A DNA stretch of 64,000 nucleotides from Chloroflexota bacterium (GCA_964291655.2 OZ219801.1:320001-384000); one strand, 5' to 3'. Shown: positions 23,101 to 31,984, counted from the first letter of the stretch. Notes: generated from the sequence alone by a model not told the origin. Made by a program: numbers and translations.

Positions 23101-24637
23101 AGGTCGGGATGCTCACCGTCTGCGCCCCGGTGGTTGCGCCGTAGTCCCCGCTCTGCGAGACCGCGACGGTCACGTCCAGAGAGGCCGACGGCGCCGGGCT
23201 GGCGCTGACGGTGAAGGTGGCGTCGCCGCCCTCGGTGACCGCGCTGCCGCCCACAACGCTGATCACAGGCTTCGCAGGGGGAGCCGGTGTCGGCGTGGGT
23301 GTCGGTGTCGGTGTGGGTGTCGGTGTCGGCTGCTGCGAGTCGCCGTCGGTGGAGCCTTCGCACTGCTCCAGGGCTTCCAGAGTGCGCGCCGTGCGGTCCC
23401 AGCGGGTGTTTCCAAGCCAGTTGGCGATCTCCCACGCCAGACTTGCTGGCATCGGAGTAAGACCTGTGCTGGTATCGACACCGAGCGCTTCCAGCACCCG
23501 GTTCCAGCGTTTGACGCCCGCCGCCGCCCTGGTGGGGTCGAGAGCGTCCCGCCAGCCGGTTACCTCGTCCGCCGTTACGGCGTCGTCTGGCAGGTTGCAG
23601 ACTTGCTCCGTCTGCTGAGCCGGCGGGTCGTCATCATCGGACACCGCCGCCGTGGCCGCGCCGTTGCTCGACGACACGGTGTAGCCCGTTCCGCCGTTGA
23701 CCGTGGCCGTCACCGACCCGTCGGCCTCGTCGTCGCTGTCACCGGTGGTCGCAACGGTCAGCGTGTAACTCCCGCCGGTCGGGATGCTCACCGTCCGCGC
23801 CCCGGTGGTAACACCGAAGTCCCCGCTCTGGGTAATGCTCACGCTCACCGACAGGGCCGCGTGAGGTGCCGGGCTGGCGGTGATGGTGAAGCTGGCGTTA
23901 CTACCCTCGGTTATATCGCCATCGCTGGCGATGCTGATTTCCGGCACGTCGTCATCCGACACTGCCACCGTGGCCGTCCCGTTGGACGTGGACACGGTGT
24001 AGCCTGTTCCGGTATTCAGGGTGGCGGTTACCGACCCGTCGGCCTCGTCGGCGTTGTCGTTCGTGGTAGAAACGGTCAGCGTGTAGCTGCCGGAAGTCGG
24101 GATGCTCACCGTCTGCGCCCCGGTGGTTGCGCCGTAGTCCCCGCTCTGCGAGACCGCGACGGTCACGTCTAGAGAGGCCGCCGGCGCCGGGCTGGCGCTG
24201 ACGGTGAAGGTGGCGTCGCTGCCCTCGGTTATATCGCCAGAGCTGGCGATACTGATTTCCGGGGCGGTCAGGCACTTCTCCAGGGCTTCCAGGGTTCGGG
24301 CGGTGCGGTCCCAGCGGGTGTTTCCAAGCCAGTTGGCGACCTCCCACGCCAGGCTTGCTGGCATCGGAGTAAGACCTGTGCCGGTGTCAACGCCTAACGC
24401 TTCAAGTACGCGGTTCCAGCGCTTGACGCCCGCGGCGGCTCTGATGGGGTCGAGAGCGTCGCGCCAGCCGGTTACCTCGTCCGCCGTGATGGCGTCGTCC
24501 GGCAGATAAGAGGCGCAAGCGGTCTCATCGCCCTGGGCGTTGGCGACGGATTCATTGTTCAGGAGCAGTAGCGAAATTGCCACGAAGGACAAGACCGCCA
24601 GACCGTAGAGGGGGAGCTGCCACCGTGAAATCTTCAT
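20174..24637 (-). CDS. large secreted Calx-beta repeat protein (putative adhesin)
   Basis: 1487 aa; signal peptide; four Calx-beta-like repeats (TEG..ATFTV...DEADGSVT...DDD); two copies of a Trp-rich ~75 aa domain; PT linker. Confidence 0.85.
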   Translation of the reverse strand: MKISRWQLPLYGLAVLSFVAISLLLLNNESVANAQGDETACASYLPDDAITADEVTGWRDALDPIRAAAGVKRWNRVLEALGVDTGTGLTPMPASLAWEVANWLGNTRWDRTARTLEALEKCLTAPEISIASSGDITEGSDATFTVSASPAPAASLDVTVAVSQSGDYGATTGAQTVSIPTSGSYTLTVSTTNDNADEADGSVTATLNTGTGYTVSTSNGTATVAVSDDDVPEISIASDGDITEGSNASFTITASPAPHAALSVSVSITQSGDFGVTTGARTVSIPTGGSYTLTVATTGDSDDEADGSVTATVNGGTGYTVSSSNGAATAAVSDDDDPPAQQTEQVCNLPDDAVTADEVTGWRDALDPTRAAAGVKRWNRVLEALGVDTSTGLTPMPASLAWEIANWLGNTRWDRTARTLEALEQCEGSTDGDSQQPTPTPTPTPTPTPTPAPPAKPVISVVGGSAVTEGGDATFTVSASPAPSASLDVTVAVSQSGDYGATTGAQTVSIPTSGSYTLTVATSDDSVDEADGSVTATLNTGTGYTVSTSGGAATVTVADDDDPPAPAAKPEISVVGGGAVTEGGSATFTVTANPAPTGTMAITFVAMVTQDGRFTSGDGQIVEVIGTSGSNTITVSTLDDDRDESDGSLTLTLQPDPRDNPRFTVSATQGAATVIVTDDDAPGSGATPTYTEFWAPYQDLIAKVEAERNHPLFGQFSSHTDLYDSVLLALGQDVEKESIEPYPAWRARALAARSWTDIWDEIAPALTDIFHNGPPPAPMPTLDNPLPTSINLSTSLSPTQLTLTDYFGHETDAELTFTVTLDNPIATISQWDELISIKNTSTGTATMTVTASDGTNSVTATASVEAQCNPGTRLSSDGTFCVGAQSALSYNGTVVPHPISPNGPTDAFIADVRLKEGTSGTIEVRVWVNKPQVGTGNCRMRGYITIEPQTGGQTIPTRVATNTWGNTSSPHGTYQGWLDNNCSNPYLTFNNRNYRRAQITYNLTDDGTPGTTLNGAKLVYHDVGDSGTSVVGTYDLLNINFRDSIATVTVTGNTGKLGDDADGDGDGSTFTIKEGTSGTQTITLSGEHLRGYLAPREEDIRKGGRASAARMYLEHGHAVYWQPSVCAFNKGANAGGNTANRTATCEVSWDWLSDGSNGSNGTVKLVWHETDGAGWDAPDVHTTEVSTITMTDTGMYHATRNTNGWRATNTTITADVWLTVVHGQNTADTPIGRVTTIKEGDQFDLILNSGTRGGNNRVALQVRTATNDDGTQWSAWQNLDQEVGHRALAIREESEWHLYTGNFAECFTPGGYNCFGGDAWKDHATGKRMPLTFNSHDDNFVYHPERYYQFRVKDTESTKPNPILKVVEDDAVVFTVYSQQENGRVRVHLAKKVWTDVTLQLDTDSRSSAWNNWAVVFDAEAPNDLDRSGSRIIDQGCDGGTSDIRVWGSILVGQHSGVEEFLDHNDGRDAVDKNDDRKGEYVLVKCG

Positions 24638-25296
24638 GACGCACCTCCCTCAGCGTCGCGGTCCGGGCGTGGGGTAAGTCTAGGTGTATGCAGGTTCATA
24701 GTAAGCCACCTCCGGTTCAGGTTTGAGTTCCTGTCGCAGCCAACCCTGGCTCTCCATCGGGTCATCAACGTCCTCCTTATCGAATAGCATTCTAATCAAG
24801 CGCCACGGGGATCCCCTGGCATCCGGTCGCCTCGTCGCGCGACCATTAGAGTATAGCAGGTTTCCAGCGCACTGACCAAACTGCGCGCCGATTCGGGGAG
24901 TAGTTTGGGCAGTGTATCATTGGTCAGAATCTTGCACTCTCCAGATTAGGATACGATCAATACATAACCAATGTCAATACAACGCAATATCATATAGATG
25001 GAGTCTTTGCTTACGCTCAGGGGGGCAGCCACGCCTGTGATATCGACCCAGCCTTCTTCAGACGTCATGTCCTGCTAACTCCTTACAAGCATAGGCTTGC
25101 GGGCTTCTACCGTCAATCTACAGCCATTCGGAAACTCTAGACATGAGTTCAGTTTTTCGGGCAACAAAAAAGGCTTGCACACATGGCCGCGAGCGGCAGC
25201 GCGCCCAAGCCCTAAACGCAAAAGGGGCCGCATACATGACCGACCAGAGAGAGGGCATCGCTCCATAGGCGATGCCCTCTCCCCTTGTGTGTTTGC

Positions 25297-27681
25297 CTAG
25301 CGTCCAGCGCCGACCGGCTCGGCCTCCCGCTCCCGTTCCATCGCCCACTCGAACAAGGACAGCGACGGGGTCTGGGTCTTCCGTCCCTTCGGCTTGACCG
25401 GCTCCTCGGCCATGAACTCGGCCCAGGAGAACAGCGTCTGCTGCGGCTCCTCGGCCTCCTCGTGGTGGTCGTTCCCGTTGCCATTGCTGTTGGCGGGCGC
25501 GTGCCCGTTAACCGGAACCAGCTCGACCGTCGGCCCGATGCCGATGGGGTCGCGGTGACCGTTGCCATTGGCGTGGTGACCGTTGCCCCAGTATCCAGTA
25601 CGGGGCAGGCTGTTGACAGCGACCGTCTCCGGCTCGGCCTCCACCAGCTTCCAGCCGTCGTCCACCAGCAGTTCCTCGGCGGTGGCCTCGGCGTTCCGCG
25701 CCTGGGCGAAGACCTCCTCCACCGTCTCTGCTTCGTCGTTCTCCTCGCCACTGACGATCTTGCGGGCCAGGGCCATCATCAGGTCGTCGCCGTCGTCACC
25801 GAAGGCGGCTAGCCCGTCCTCCGGCAGCTCGCCCTCGACGGCCAGGGAGCTTTGCAGCTTCTTCGCCACCAGCTTGAGGGCGTCGGCCTGTAGGGTGTTG
25901 CGGTAGGACATGAACACCACTTTCACCGGGCGGGTCTGCCCGATGCGCCAGGACCGTCGGGAAGCCTGACGCATAACGTACACGCTATAATCCGTTTCCC
26001 CCCAGCAGATGGTTGGGAAGTCGATGAGGTCGAGTCCGGTTTGTACCAGCCTGGGGTGGCATATCAGGACATCGATGCCCTGCTTCACCCTGTCGGCGAC
26101 CCACTTCTCCCGCTTGTCGGGAGCCACGGCGTCGGCCTTCATCACCGCCACCCTGAAGCCGTGCCGGGTGAGGATGTCGTCCATCCGCTCCGTCACGTCC
26201 CTGGTCCCCGTGTGGGTCACGTAGACCAGCACCCGGCGGCCCTCCAAACGTTCCGTCGCCACCAGGTCGATGAGGGCCTTCTCCTTGGGGTAGAGTTTGT
26301 CCTCGGAGAGGGGCGGTACCTGGACTATGACGTCGCCGCTCCTGGGGTCGAAGACCGTCTCGCCCCTGGTGCAGCCGTCAGGGTAGGCGAGCAAGGTTTG
26401 CAAGTACGTAGCCAGCAGTCTCTTCGAGCCGGACTTGAGGGCCTCGGCCAGCTCCTTCCTCAGCTCTTCGAACACGGTGTCGTAGGCTGAGCGCTGGGAA
26501 TACCCCGTCGCGTCCTCCTCCGTGTCCATCGAGGACAGGAGTATCTGCTCCTCGTAGGGAGGCAGCCCCGACGCCACGTCGGAGAGGCGCAGGAAGACGG
26601 TGTTGCCGATCAGGTGGAAGAGCGCCGATGGCACGAGTCCGGGCCGCTCCCTGGTCACCTTGCGGTACTTGCGGCGCCTGCTGCTTCTGCCGTCCTCCAC
26701 CGCATCGTCGTCGGGCTTGCCGATGGAGTGCTCCTCGAAGCCGTAGCGCTGTATCCAGCGGTGCTCGTCCGACCTCTCGAACTCCATCCTGATCTCCGGC
26801 GAGAAGCGGTAGAGCAGGTGGAAGATGGTCGAAGCATAGCCGCCCAAAAGGGTTCCCGTTAGCGAGAGGGACTTGCCGCAGGCGTCGGCGAGGACACCGG
26901 CGGCGATGCCCTGAGCTGAGCCGCGAGACTTAAACTCGTGCACCTCGTCGCCGATCAGCAGGTCGAAGAAGCCCCGCATGTGATGTTTCACGTAATCGGC
27001 CAATGGGTATCTCTTGGGGCCGGACTTGTCGGCCTGCCAGAGGGGAGCGCCGCAGTCGGCGCAGGTGCGCTTCCTGCGGTTGAGGTCGGCGTCGGTCAGG
27101 GGAACGCCGTCCTTGTCCACCACCTGGGTCGTGCAGTCGGGGCAGCAGGGCACCCGGAAGGGCTCCCCCGTCTCCTCGTCCCTGACGAGCCTGCCCCTGG
27201 ACGTGGCCCACATATAGATGACGGCGGCCTTCCAGCGGTAGGAGAGCTTTGCTCTTTCCCTGCTCATCACGGCGAAGAGGGGGCCTGAGCCGATGGAGAG
27301 CTTGAGCTTCTCCAGGTCGGTGATGGAGGTGACGACGGCGGCCCGTGCCAGGGGAACCGTCTGCTCCACCTCCCGCTTCCACTTGCCGGTCAGGTGAGGC
27401 GGGCAGATGATGAGCACCCGCTCGAAGCCCGCCATGTACGCGGCTGCGGCTCCAATGAAAGTCTTTCCTGTGCCCATTTCGCCCACCACACTCGTGCCAC
27501 GGTGGATTCCGAGGGAGAGGGCTGCGCCCCTGATGGCATCGGCCTGCGCCCCCAGGGGAGTCCTGAGGAGGCGGGGCAGCTCGCCGCCGTTCTCCGAGGG
27601 GCGGTACAGCGGCGGGTAGGACGCCACCACCCGCTGGGCGATGGCGTCCTTGTACGTGTCTATGAAGTCTCCGAGGTTCAT
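25297..27681 (-). CDS. SF2 (SNF2-like) helicase
   Basis: GEMGTGKT Walker A, DEVH Walker B, LTGT, QASRRSWRIGQ motif VI, CxxC pairs; start MNLGDF after RBS AGGAG. Confidence 0.9.
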   Translation of the reverse strand: MNLGDFIDTYKDAIAQRVVASYPPLYRPSENGGELPRLLRTPLGAQADAIRGAALSLGIHRGTSVVGEMGTGKTFIGAAAAYMAGFERVLIICPPHLTGKWKREVEQTVPLARAAVVTSITDLEKLKLSIGSGPLFAVMSRERAKLSYRWKAAVIYMWATSRGRLVRDEETGEPFRVPCCPDCTTQVVDKDGVPLTDADLNRRKRTCADCGAPLWQADKSGPKRYPLADYVKHHMRGFFDLLIGDEVHEFKSRGSAQGIAAGVLADACGKSLSLTGTLLGGYASTIFHLLYRFSPEIRMEFERSDEHRWIQRYGFEEHSIGKPDDDAVEDGRSSRRRKYRKVTRERPGLVPSALFHLIGNTVFLRLSDVASGLPPYEEQILLSSMDTEEDATGYSQRSAYDTVFEELRKELAEALKSGSKRLLATYLQTLLAYPDGCTRGETVFDPRSGDVIVQVPPLSEDKLYPKEKALIDLVATERLEGRRVLVYVTHTGTRDVTERMDDILTRHGFRVAVMKADAVAPDKREKWVADRVKQGIDVLICHPRLVQTGLDLIDFPTICWGETDYSVYVMRQASRRSWRIGQTRPVKVVFMSYRNTLQADALKLVAKKLQSSLAVEGELPEDGLAAFGDDGDDLMMALARKIVSGEENDEAETVEEVFAQARNAEATAEELLVDDGWKLVEAEPETVAVNSLPRTGYWGNGHHANGNGHRDPIGIGPTVELVPVNGHAPANSNGNGNDHHEEAEEPQQTLFSWAEFMAEEPVKPKGRKTQTPSLSLFEWAMEREREAEPVGAGR

Positions 27682-27842
27682 GGTGTCTTTCTCCTGTGCG
27701 TAGTGGCCGGAGGACGACGCCGGGACGCAAGAGCCGCCCCGTGGGGGCGCTCGTGTCCCGGCAACGCCCCCAGGCGTCTGCTTGGATGTGCGAGGCACCG
27801 TCCTGTGGCGGGCCTCGTTGTGTGCGGCTCTGCGAGAGCCGT

Positions 27843-28040
27843 CTATGTGGCGGCGGGAATGGGCGGTCTTGCTCTGGCGTCCTCGCAACACCTTCCCGTC
27901 AGGTGGTACGCCCTCATAGGCGAGGAGACGGCCCTGCCGTGGTCGTCGATGTCCACCGATGCGGTATACATGGCCGGTTCGCCGGGTGCGATGGGCTGCC
28001 CGCACCGGCAGCAGGTTTCCAGTGCCATGGTCGCTTGCAT
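27843..28040 (-). CDS. small Cys-rich hypothetical protein
   Basis: 65 aa with strong RBS AAGGAGG; co-oriented with the block. Confidence 0.55.
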   Translation of the reverse strand: MQATMALETCCRCGQPIAPGEPAMYTASVDIDDHGRAVSSPMRAYHLTGRCCEDARARPPIPAAT

Positions 28041-28149
28041 TGTTTCCCTCCTTATATAGGGCTGTGTTGCGGCCTAAACAAAGCGAGGCCCGCCGGTTCC
28101 CGGTAGAGGGAGTGACGGGGCCTCGTGGGTGCGACTCGGTGTGAGCCGT

Positions 28150-29187
28150 CTATGCTGCGATGTCGGTGATCTCGCCGTCCTCCAGGTCGAGGGCCACCAC
28201 CGTGGTCTTGAGCCGCTCCCTGTGTACCTCCTTCTCCGGGGAGTCCTCGACCATCACCATCTCCTTCGAGGTGCGCCCCTTCACCAGGATGCGTCTGCCC
28301 TCGGATTCGAGGACGAGGTTGTCGAGGAAGCCCGCAGCCACCAGCATGGCCATGTGGCCGCGACGCAGGGGCATGAGCGGCCTGGTGCGGTTGTCCTTCG
28401 CAGGCCAGAGGGAGTCCGTTATCTCCGTGCTGGCCCACAGACCCGACCGCCTGGCCTCGGCAGCAGCCGCGACGGGATCGACGGTCCGGGTGGCGAAGAG
28501 GATGTCCCCGCTGGGCGAAGTGGCAGGGGTGTACTCCGGGTAAGGATAGGAGCGCAGGGGCTCCGGCTCCCCCAATGACCACTCCATCACCATGCTCTCG
28601 GCGGCAGCGTCGGGCACGGGGTCGGCCTTCCGATAGCCCATCAACACCACCTGGTCGAACATCTCCCGTTCGGGCACTGGGAACGACCAACACCGCATCC
28701 TGCCGTAGTGGGTGGACAGGTAGCGGGCGGAGTAGGAGAGGCGCTGCCTTGGCACGATGAACACCAGCAGGCCGTTCTCTGCCAGGTAGCGGGTGCAATG
28801 GGTGAGGAAGCTGTGCTCCACCCGCTTGTCTTCCGCATCCCAATCATAGGGCGGATTCAAGACCAGCAGGCCGAAGGCCCCGTTCGCTATCGAGGTGGCG
28901 AACAGGTCGGAGGCCAGGGTGCGGTGGAGCCGCTTCTCGGCCTCCTCCGCCCGGTCCCGGTGCAACTCGACGCCGTAGGTCTCGATGGGTATGGCGTTGG
29001 GCCGGTCGAGGCGTTCGGCCAGCCTCTGGAGAGCATCCCCGGCCCCGCAGCAGGGGTCGAGGATGCGCAGGGTCTCCCTGTCCCTGTAGTAGTAGCCGGT
29101 GGGGGTGTGGATCAGGTCGGCTATCAGGTCCACCACCCTCTCGGGCGTCGGGTAGTAGCCCCCTTTGGCGAGTGCAGCTAGTCTCAT
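28150..29187 (-). CDS. DNA methyltransferase-like protein (DUF6094 type)
   Basis: GYYPTP, LDPCCG.G SAM-binding motif, NPPY catalytic motif. Confidence 0.88.
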   Translation of the reverse strand: MRLAALAKGGYYPTPERVVDLIADLIHTPTGYYYRDRETLRILDPCCGAGDALQRLAERLDRPNAIPIETYGVELHRDRAEEAEKRLHRTLASDLFATSIANGAFGLLVLNPPYDWDAEDKRVEHSFLTHCTRYLAENGLLVFIVPRQRLSYSARYLSTHYGRMRCWSFPVPEREMFDQVVLMGYRKADPVPDAAAESMVMEWSLGEPEPLRSYPYPEYTPATSPSGDILFATRTVDPVAAAAEARRSGLWASTEITDSLWPAKDNRTRPLMPLRRGHMAMLVAAGFLDNLVLESEGRRILVKGRTSKEMVMVEDSPEKEVHRERLKTTVVALDLEDGEITDIAA

Positions 29188-29216
29188 GTCATGACTCCTT
29201 TCCTTTGTTGCCGCTT

Positions 29217-29624
29217 TCAGGCGGCGATTCCGATGTCCTTGTGTGTTGGTTTCAGGCCAAGCATCTCGCCGATTGCCCGGTTCCTCTGGTAGCAGAGGAC
29301 TTGGTGTGTGCCGATGCTCTCGGCGCAAGGCACGCAGTAGGCGGTTATCAGCTCGGCGCGGTTGGCGACGGTGATGCGTCGCACCAGCACCGAGCCTCCC
29401 TCAGGGAGCGTGTGGCGGTAGAGCATGACCAAGGGGTCGCGCCGTTCGGTCTCCGTTGCGGGTCTGAAGAAGTGGGGCTGGCCTGAAGAGACCAGGTGCT
29501 GCGAACCGTCGTGACCGCAGTACCGGCACGTCTTTCCGTCGGAGCAGAACCGCTCCCAGGCCCCGTGGTTGCGCTGTCCGCGCCGTTTGCTGCTGCGCTT
29601 GGCCTTCCTAAGCGTCCTGTCCAT
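29217..29624 (-). CDS. hypothetical protein, possible Zn binder
   Basis: CRYCGH and CVPC motifs; tightly coupled to neighbours. Confidence 0.6.
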   Translation of the reverse strand: MDRTLRKAKRSSKRRGQRNHGAWERFCSDGKTCRYCGHDGSQHLVSSGQPHFFRPATETERRDPLVMLYRHTLPEGGSVLVRRITVANRAELITAYCVPCAESIGTHQVLCYQRNRAIGEMLGLKPTHKDIGIAA

Positions 29625-29628
29625 CTCT

Positions 29629-30246
29629 CTACTCTCCCTCCGGCAGGACGAGCCTTCCCGACGACACCGCCTCGGACAGGTCATCCCTGAGCTTGTCGGC
29701 CTTGGGGGAGCACCTGTAGGCCGAGACTCCGACGGACTGGAGCGGGAGAATCTCCCCCTCGGCAAGGCCCCGCTCCCAGATCCAGTCGGCCCAGGAGCCG
29801 TGCAGGGGGAGCGGGCTGCGACGGTCCAGGAAGCGGTGATGGAGCGCAGGGGCCTCTTCTTCGCTCTGCGTCAGCAGCAGGAAGGAGTCCCGCTCGAAGC
29901 CGTACTCGGCCATCTTCGAATACACCAAGGCGTGCCAGCCGCCGGAACCGGGGAGCCGGGCGATCTTGGTCGTCCAGGTGCCGACGCTCTCGTATGGGAT
30001 TACGCAGCGTTCGTAGCCGCCGGTCAAAGCCATCCCATCCGCGCCCCTGATGAGGTGGGCCGTGTCCGGGGGCTGCTTGAGGAGGGAGGCCCAGATGGCC
30101 TTGAGCGCGGTCTGGGAGCCGACCATCGAGACGAACCAGAGGCCGTCGGTGCGGTCGTCGCGGGCGAAGGCGTCGGCGGTGGCCGAGAACCCTCCGGCAC
30201 TGATGGTGAACAGGTCTTCGGGGTCTATGACGTTAGTTGCGAGCAT
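29629..30246 (-). CDS. hypothetical ICE protein
   Basis: 205 aa ORF with RBS AAGGAG; precedes the MTase-helicase pair. Confidence 0.7.
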   Translation of the reverse strand: MLATNVIDPEDLFTISAGGFSATADAFARDDRTDGLWFVSMVGSQTALKAIWASLLKQPPDTAHLIRGADGMALTGGYERCVIPYESVGTWTTKIARLPGSGGWHALVYSKMAEYGFERDSFLLLTQSEEEAPALHHRFLDRRSPLPLHGSWADWIWERGLAEGEILPLQSVGVSAYRCSPKADKLRDDLSEAVSSGRLVLPEGE

Positions 30247-30343
30247 GTTGAGTCTCCTTTGTCGTGTGGGATGGGAACGATGCGCGGGGGAGCGTGTCCT
30301 CGCGTGAGAAGCCGGAGGGCGTGGGCCGCCCGGTCGTCGAGCT

Positions 30344-30874
30344 TCAGCGCATCAGCCCCCGCTCCTTGAGGCTGACGAACCGCTTGCCGCCTATGACCAC
30401 GTGGTCGAGAAGCTCGATGCCCAGGAGCTTGCCCGCCTTGGCCAGGTCCTTGGTGATGCGCACGTCCTCAGGACTGGGCGTGGGGTCATGGGAAGGATGG
30501 TTGTGAGCAACAACCACGGCAGGCATGGACTCGACCACGGCGGCCCGGAACACCTCGGCTGGCCTGACCACCGAGGAAAATACGTTCCCTTGATACACCG
30601 TGCGCTGGCCCAGCACCCGGTTCCTGCGGTCTAAGAGCAGCACCCTGAGCTGTTCCTGGGCCAAGGCGGACATCTCCTTCCCCAGCAAGTCGTACACATC
30701 GTGAGGGGTGTTGATGGAGGGCAGGTCTTCCGTGGAGCGCTCCGGCAGGGTCTCGACCTCGTAGCGCATCGCCAACTCTCCCAAGAGGCTCAGGTTGCTG
30801 CGCAGGGCTTCGAGTACCAGAACCTGCTCGGAGCTTGCGGAAAGGTCCTCGGTGGCGTTCTTCTTCCTGGTCAT
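30344..30874 (-). CDS. radC: RadC-like JAB domain protein
   Basis: QEQLRVLLLD, HNHPS.DPTPS.ED and LLDHVVIG motifs. Confidence 0.92.
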   Translation of the reverse strand: MTRKKNATEDLSASSEQVLVLEALRSNLSLLGELAMRYEVETLPERSTEDLPSINTPHDVYDLLGKEMSALAQEQLRVLLLDRRNRVLGQRTVYQGNVFSSVVRPAEVFRAAVVESMPAVVVAHNHPSHDPTPSPEDVRITKDLAKAGKLLGIELLDHVVIGGKRFVSLKERGLMR

Positions 30875-31000
30875 GTGGGCCTCCTTCTGCCTTAGGTTGG
30901 AACAAAGAGCGGGGCCGTCCTCCGGTAGATGGAGAACGGCCCCGTGTTTGGTGCGCCCGGCTGAGAAGGGCGTCTCGCTGTGCGGTTGTGAGGCTACGGG

Positions 31001-31375
31001 CTAGGCGAAGGGAGAGTCCTCCTCGGAGTGACCCGTGTCGCCGCTCCCGTTGCCGTTAGAGTCGAGGAAGACGACCTCGGAGGCGTGGACCTCGGTGCGG
31101 TGGCGGTTCTGGCCGTCCTCGTTCTGCCACGAGTTCTGGACGAGCCGCCCCGCCACGTAGACCCGGTTGCCCTTGCTCACGTACTCGTTCACCGCTTCGG
31201 CGGTCTTGCTCCAGCAGACGACGTCGTGCCAGTCGGCCTCGACCTGCCCATCCTGGCGGCGGCGGTCCGTGGCCAACCGCAGCTTCGTGATAGCGGTGCC
31301 ATTCGGCGTGTAGCTCATCTCTGGGTCCGTTCCCACCCTGCCCAACAGTTCGACCTTGTTAATCGTGCGTGCCAT
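31001..31375 (-). CDS. ssb: single-stranded DNA-binding protein
   Basis: NKVELLGR.G.DPE, WH.VV.W, acidic C-terminal tail DSPF. Confidence 0.95.
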   Translation of the reverse strand: MARTINKVELLGRVGTDPEMSYTPNGTAITKLRLATDRRRQDGQVEADWHDVVCWSKTAEAVNEYVSKGNRVYVAGRLVQNSWQNEDGQNRHRTEVHASEVVFLDSNGNGSGDTGHSEEDSPFA

Positions 31376-31517
31376 TTCGATTTCCTCCTGTGTGTGTAGT
31401 AGCGCGAGTCTTCCCGCGCCCGTTTGAAATGAAGCGGGGCCGCTTTCCCGTAGAAGGGAACACCGGCCCCGTCCTGCGCTTTCCGTCAGGGGAGCGTCGT
31501 TCTGGCTGAATCCGCCT

Positions 31518-31892
31518 TCAGCGAGACCGGCTCCTGATCTCGCCGATGGTCTTCGGTTGCCAGTACAGGTCGCGCTCCACGGCAGGAACGCCGCCGAACA
31601 CGGTCGCCTCCGCTAGCTCGTCGAGAGAGAAGTAACCGATTTCGCTCTCGAACCCTTCGCCGAGGCCGAAGCAGGTTCCGGTTTCCGGGTCCCACTCCGT
31701 TACGTACCAGGTCCAGTTGCTGAATGGGCTGAATAGCTTGGCGACGGCGAGCACGTAGTCGTAGTCCCTGACGTTCTCGTTTGCGTAGAGGGCGGGGATG
31801 GTTTCCCCCTGCTCCCTCGTCATCAATTCGTGTCCGCGCAGTCCGCTGTTCGCGTCCTGCCAGACCATCGTGGTTCCAGTCGCGTTGGACAT
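31518..31892 (-). CDS. DUF2958-like protein
   Basis: KLFSP..NWTWY..E.D...FGL...E.GYFSL.EL...ERDLYW. Confidence 0.8.
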   Translation of the reverse strand: MSNATGTTMVWQDANSGLRGHELMTREQGETIPALYANENVRDYDYVLAVAKLFSPFSNWTWYVTEWDPETGTCFGLGEGFESEIGYFSLDELAEATVFGGVPAVERDLYWQPKTIGEIRSRSR

Positions 31893-31984
31893 GGTTTCTC
31901 CTTTCATGCTGTTAGATTGGGACTCTGCGGGGCCGTCCCGATGAGGGGAGACAGGCCCCGTGTGCGCTTCCGCAAGGGGAGCGT

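Noticed and set aside
21287-24172. 961-aa plus-strand ORF and similar long antisense ORFs (43892..46369, 12868..14367, 17717..19045)
   Set aside because: GC-rich shadows of well-supported genes on the opposite strand, with no motifs.
23367-24500. Duplicated adhesin segments or VWA paralogs as DGR template/variable repeats
   Set aside because: Differences look mostly synonymous and are not adenine-specific; both copies are coding.
27682-28005. N-terminal extension of the helicase ORF
   Set aside because: It overlaps a small gene and hairpins; the RBS-supported start is 27681.
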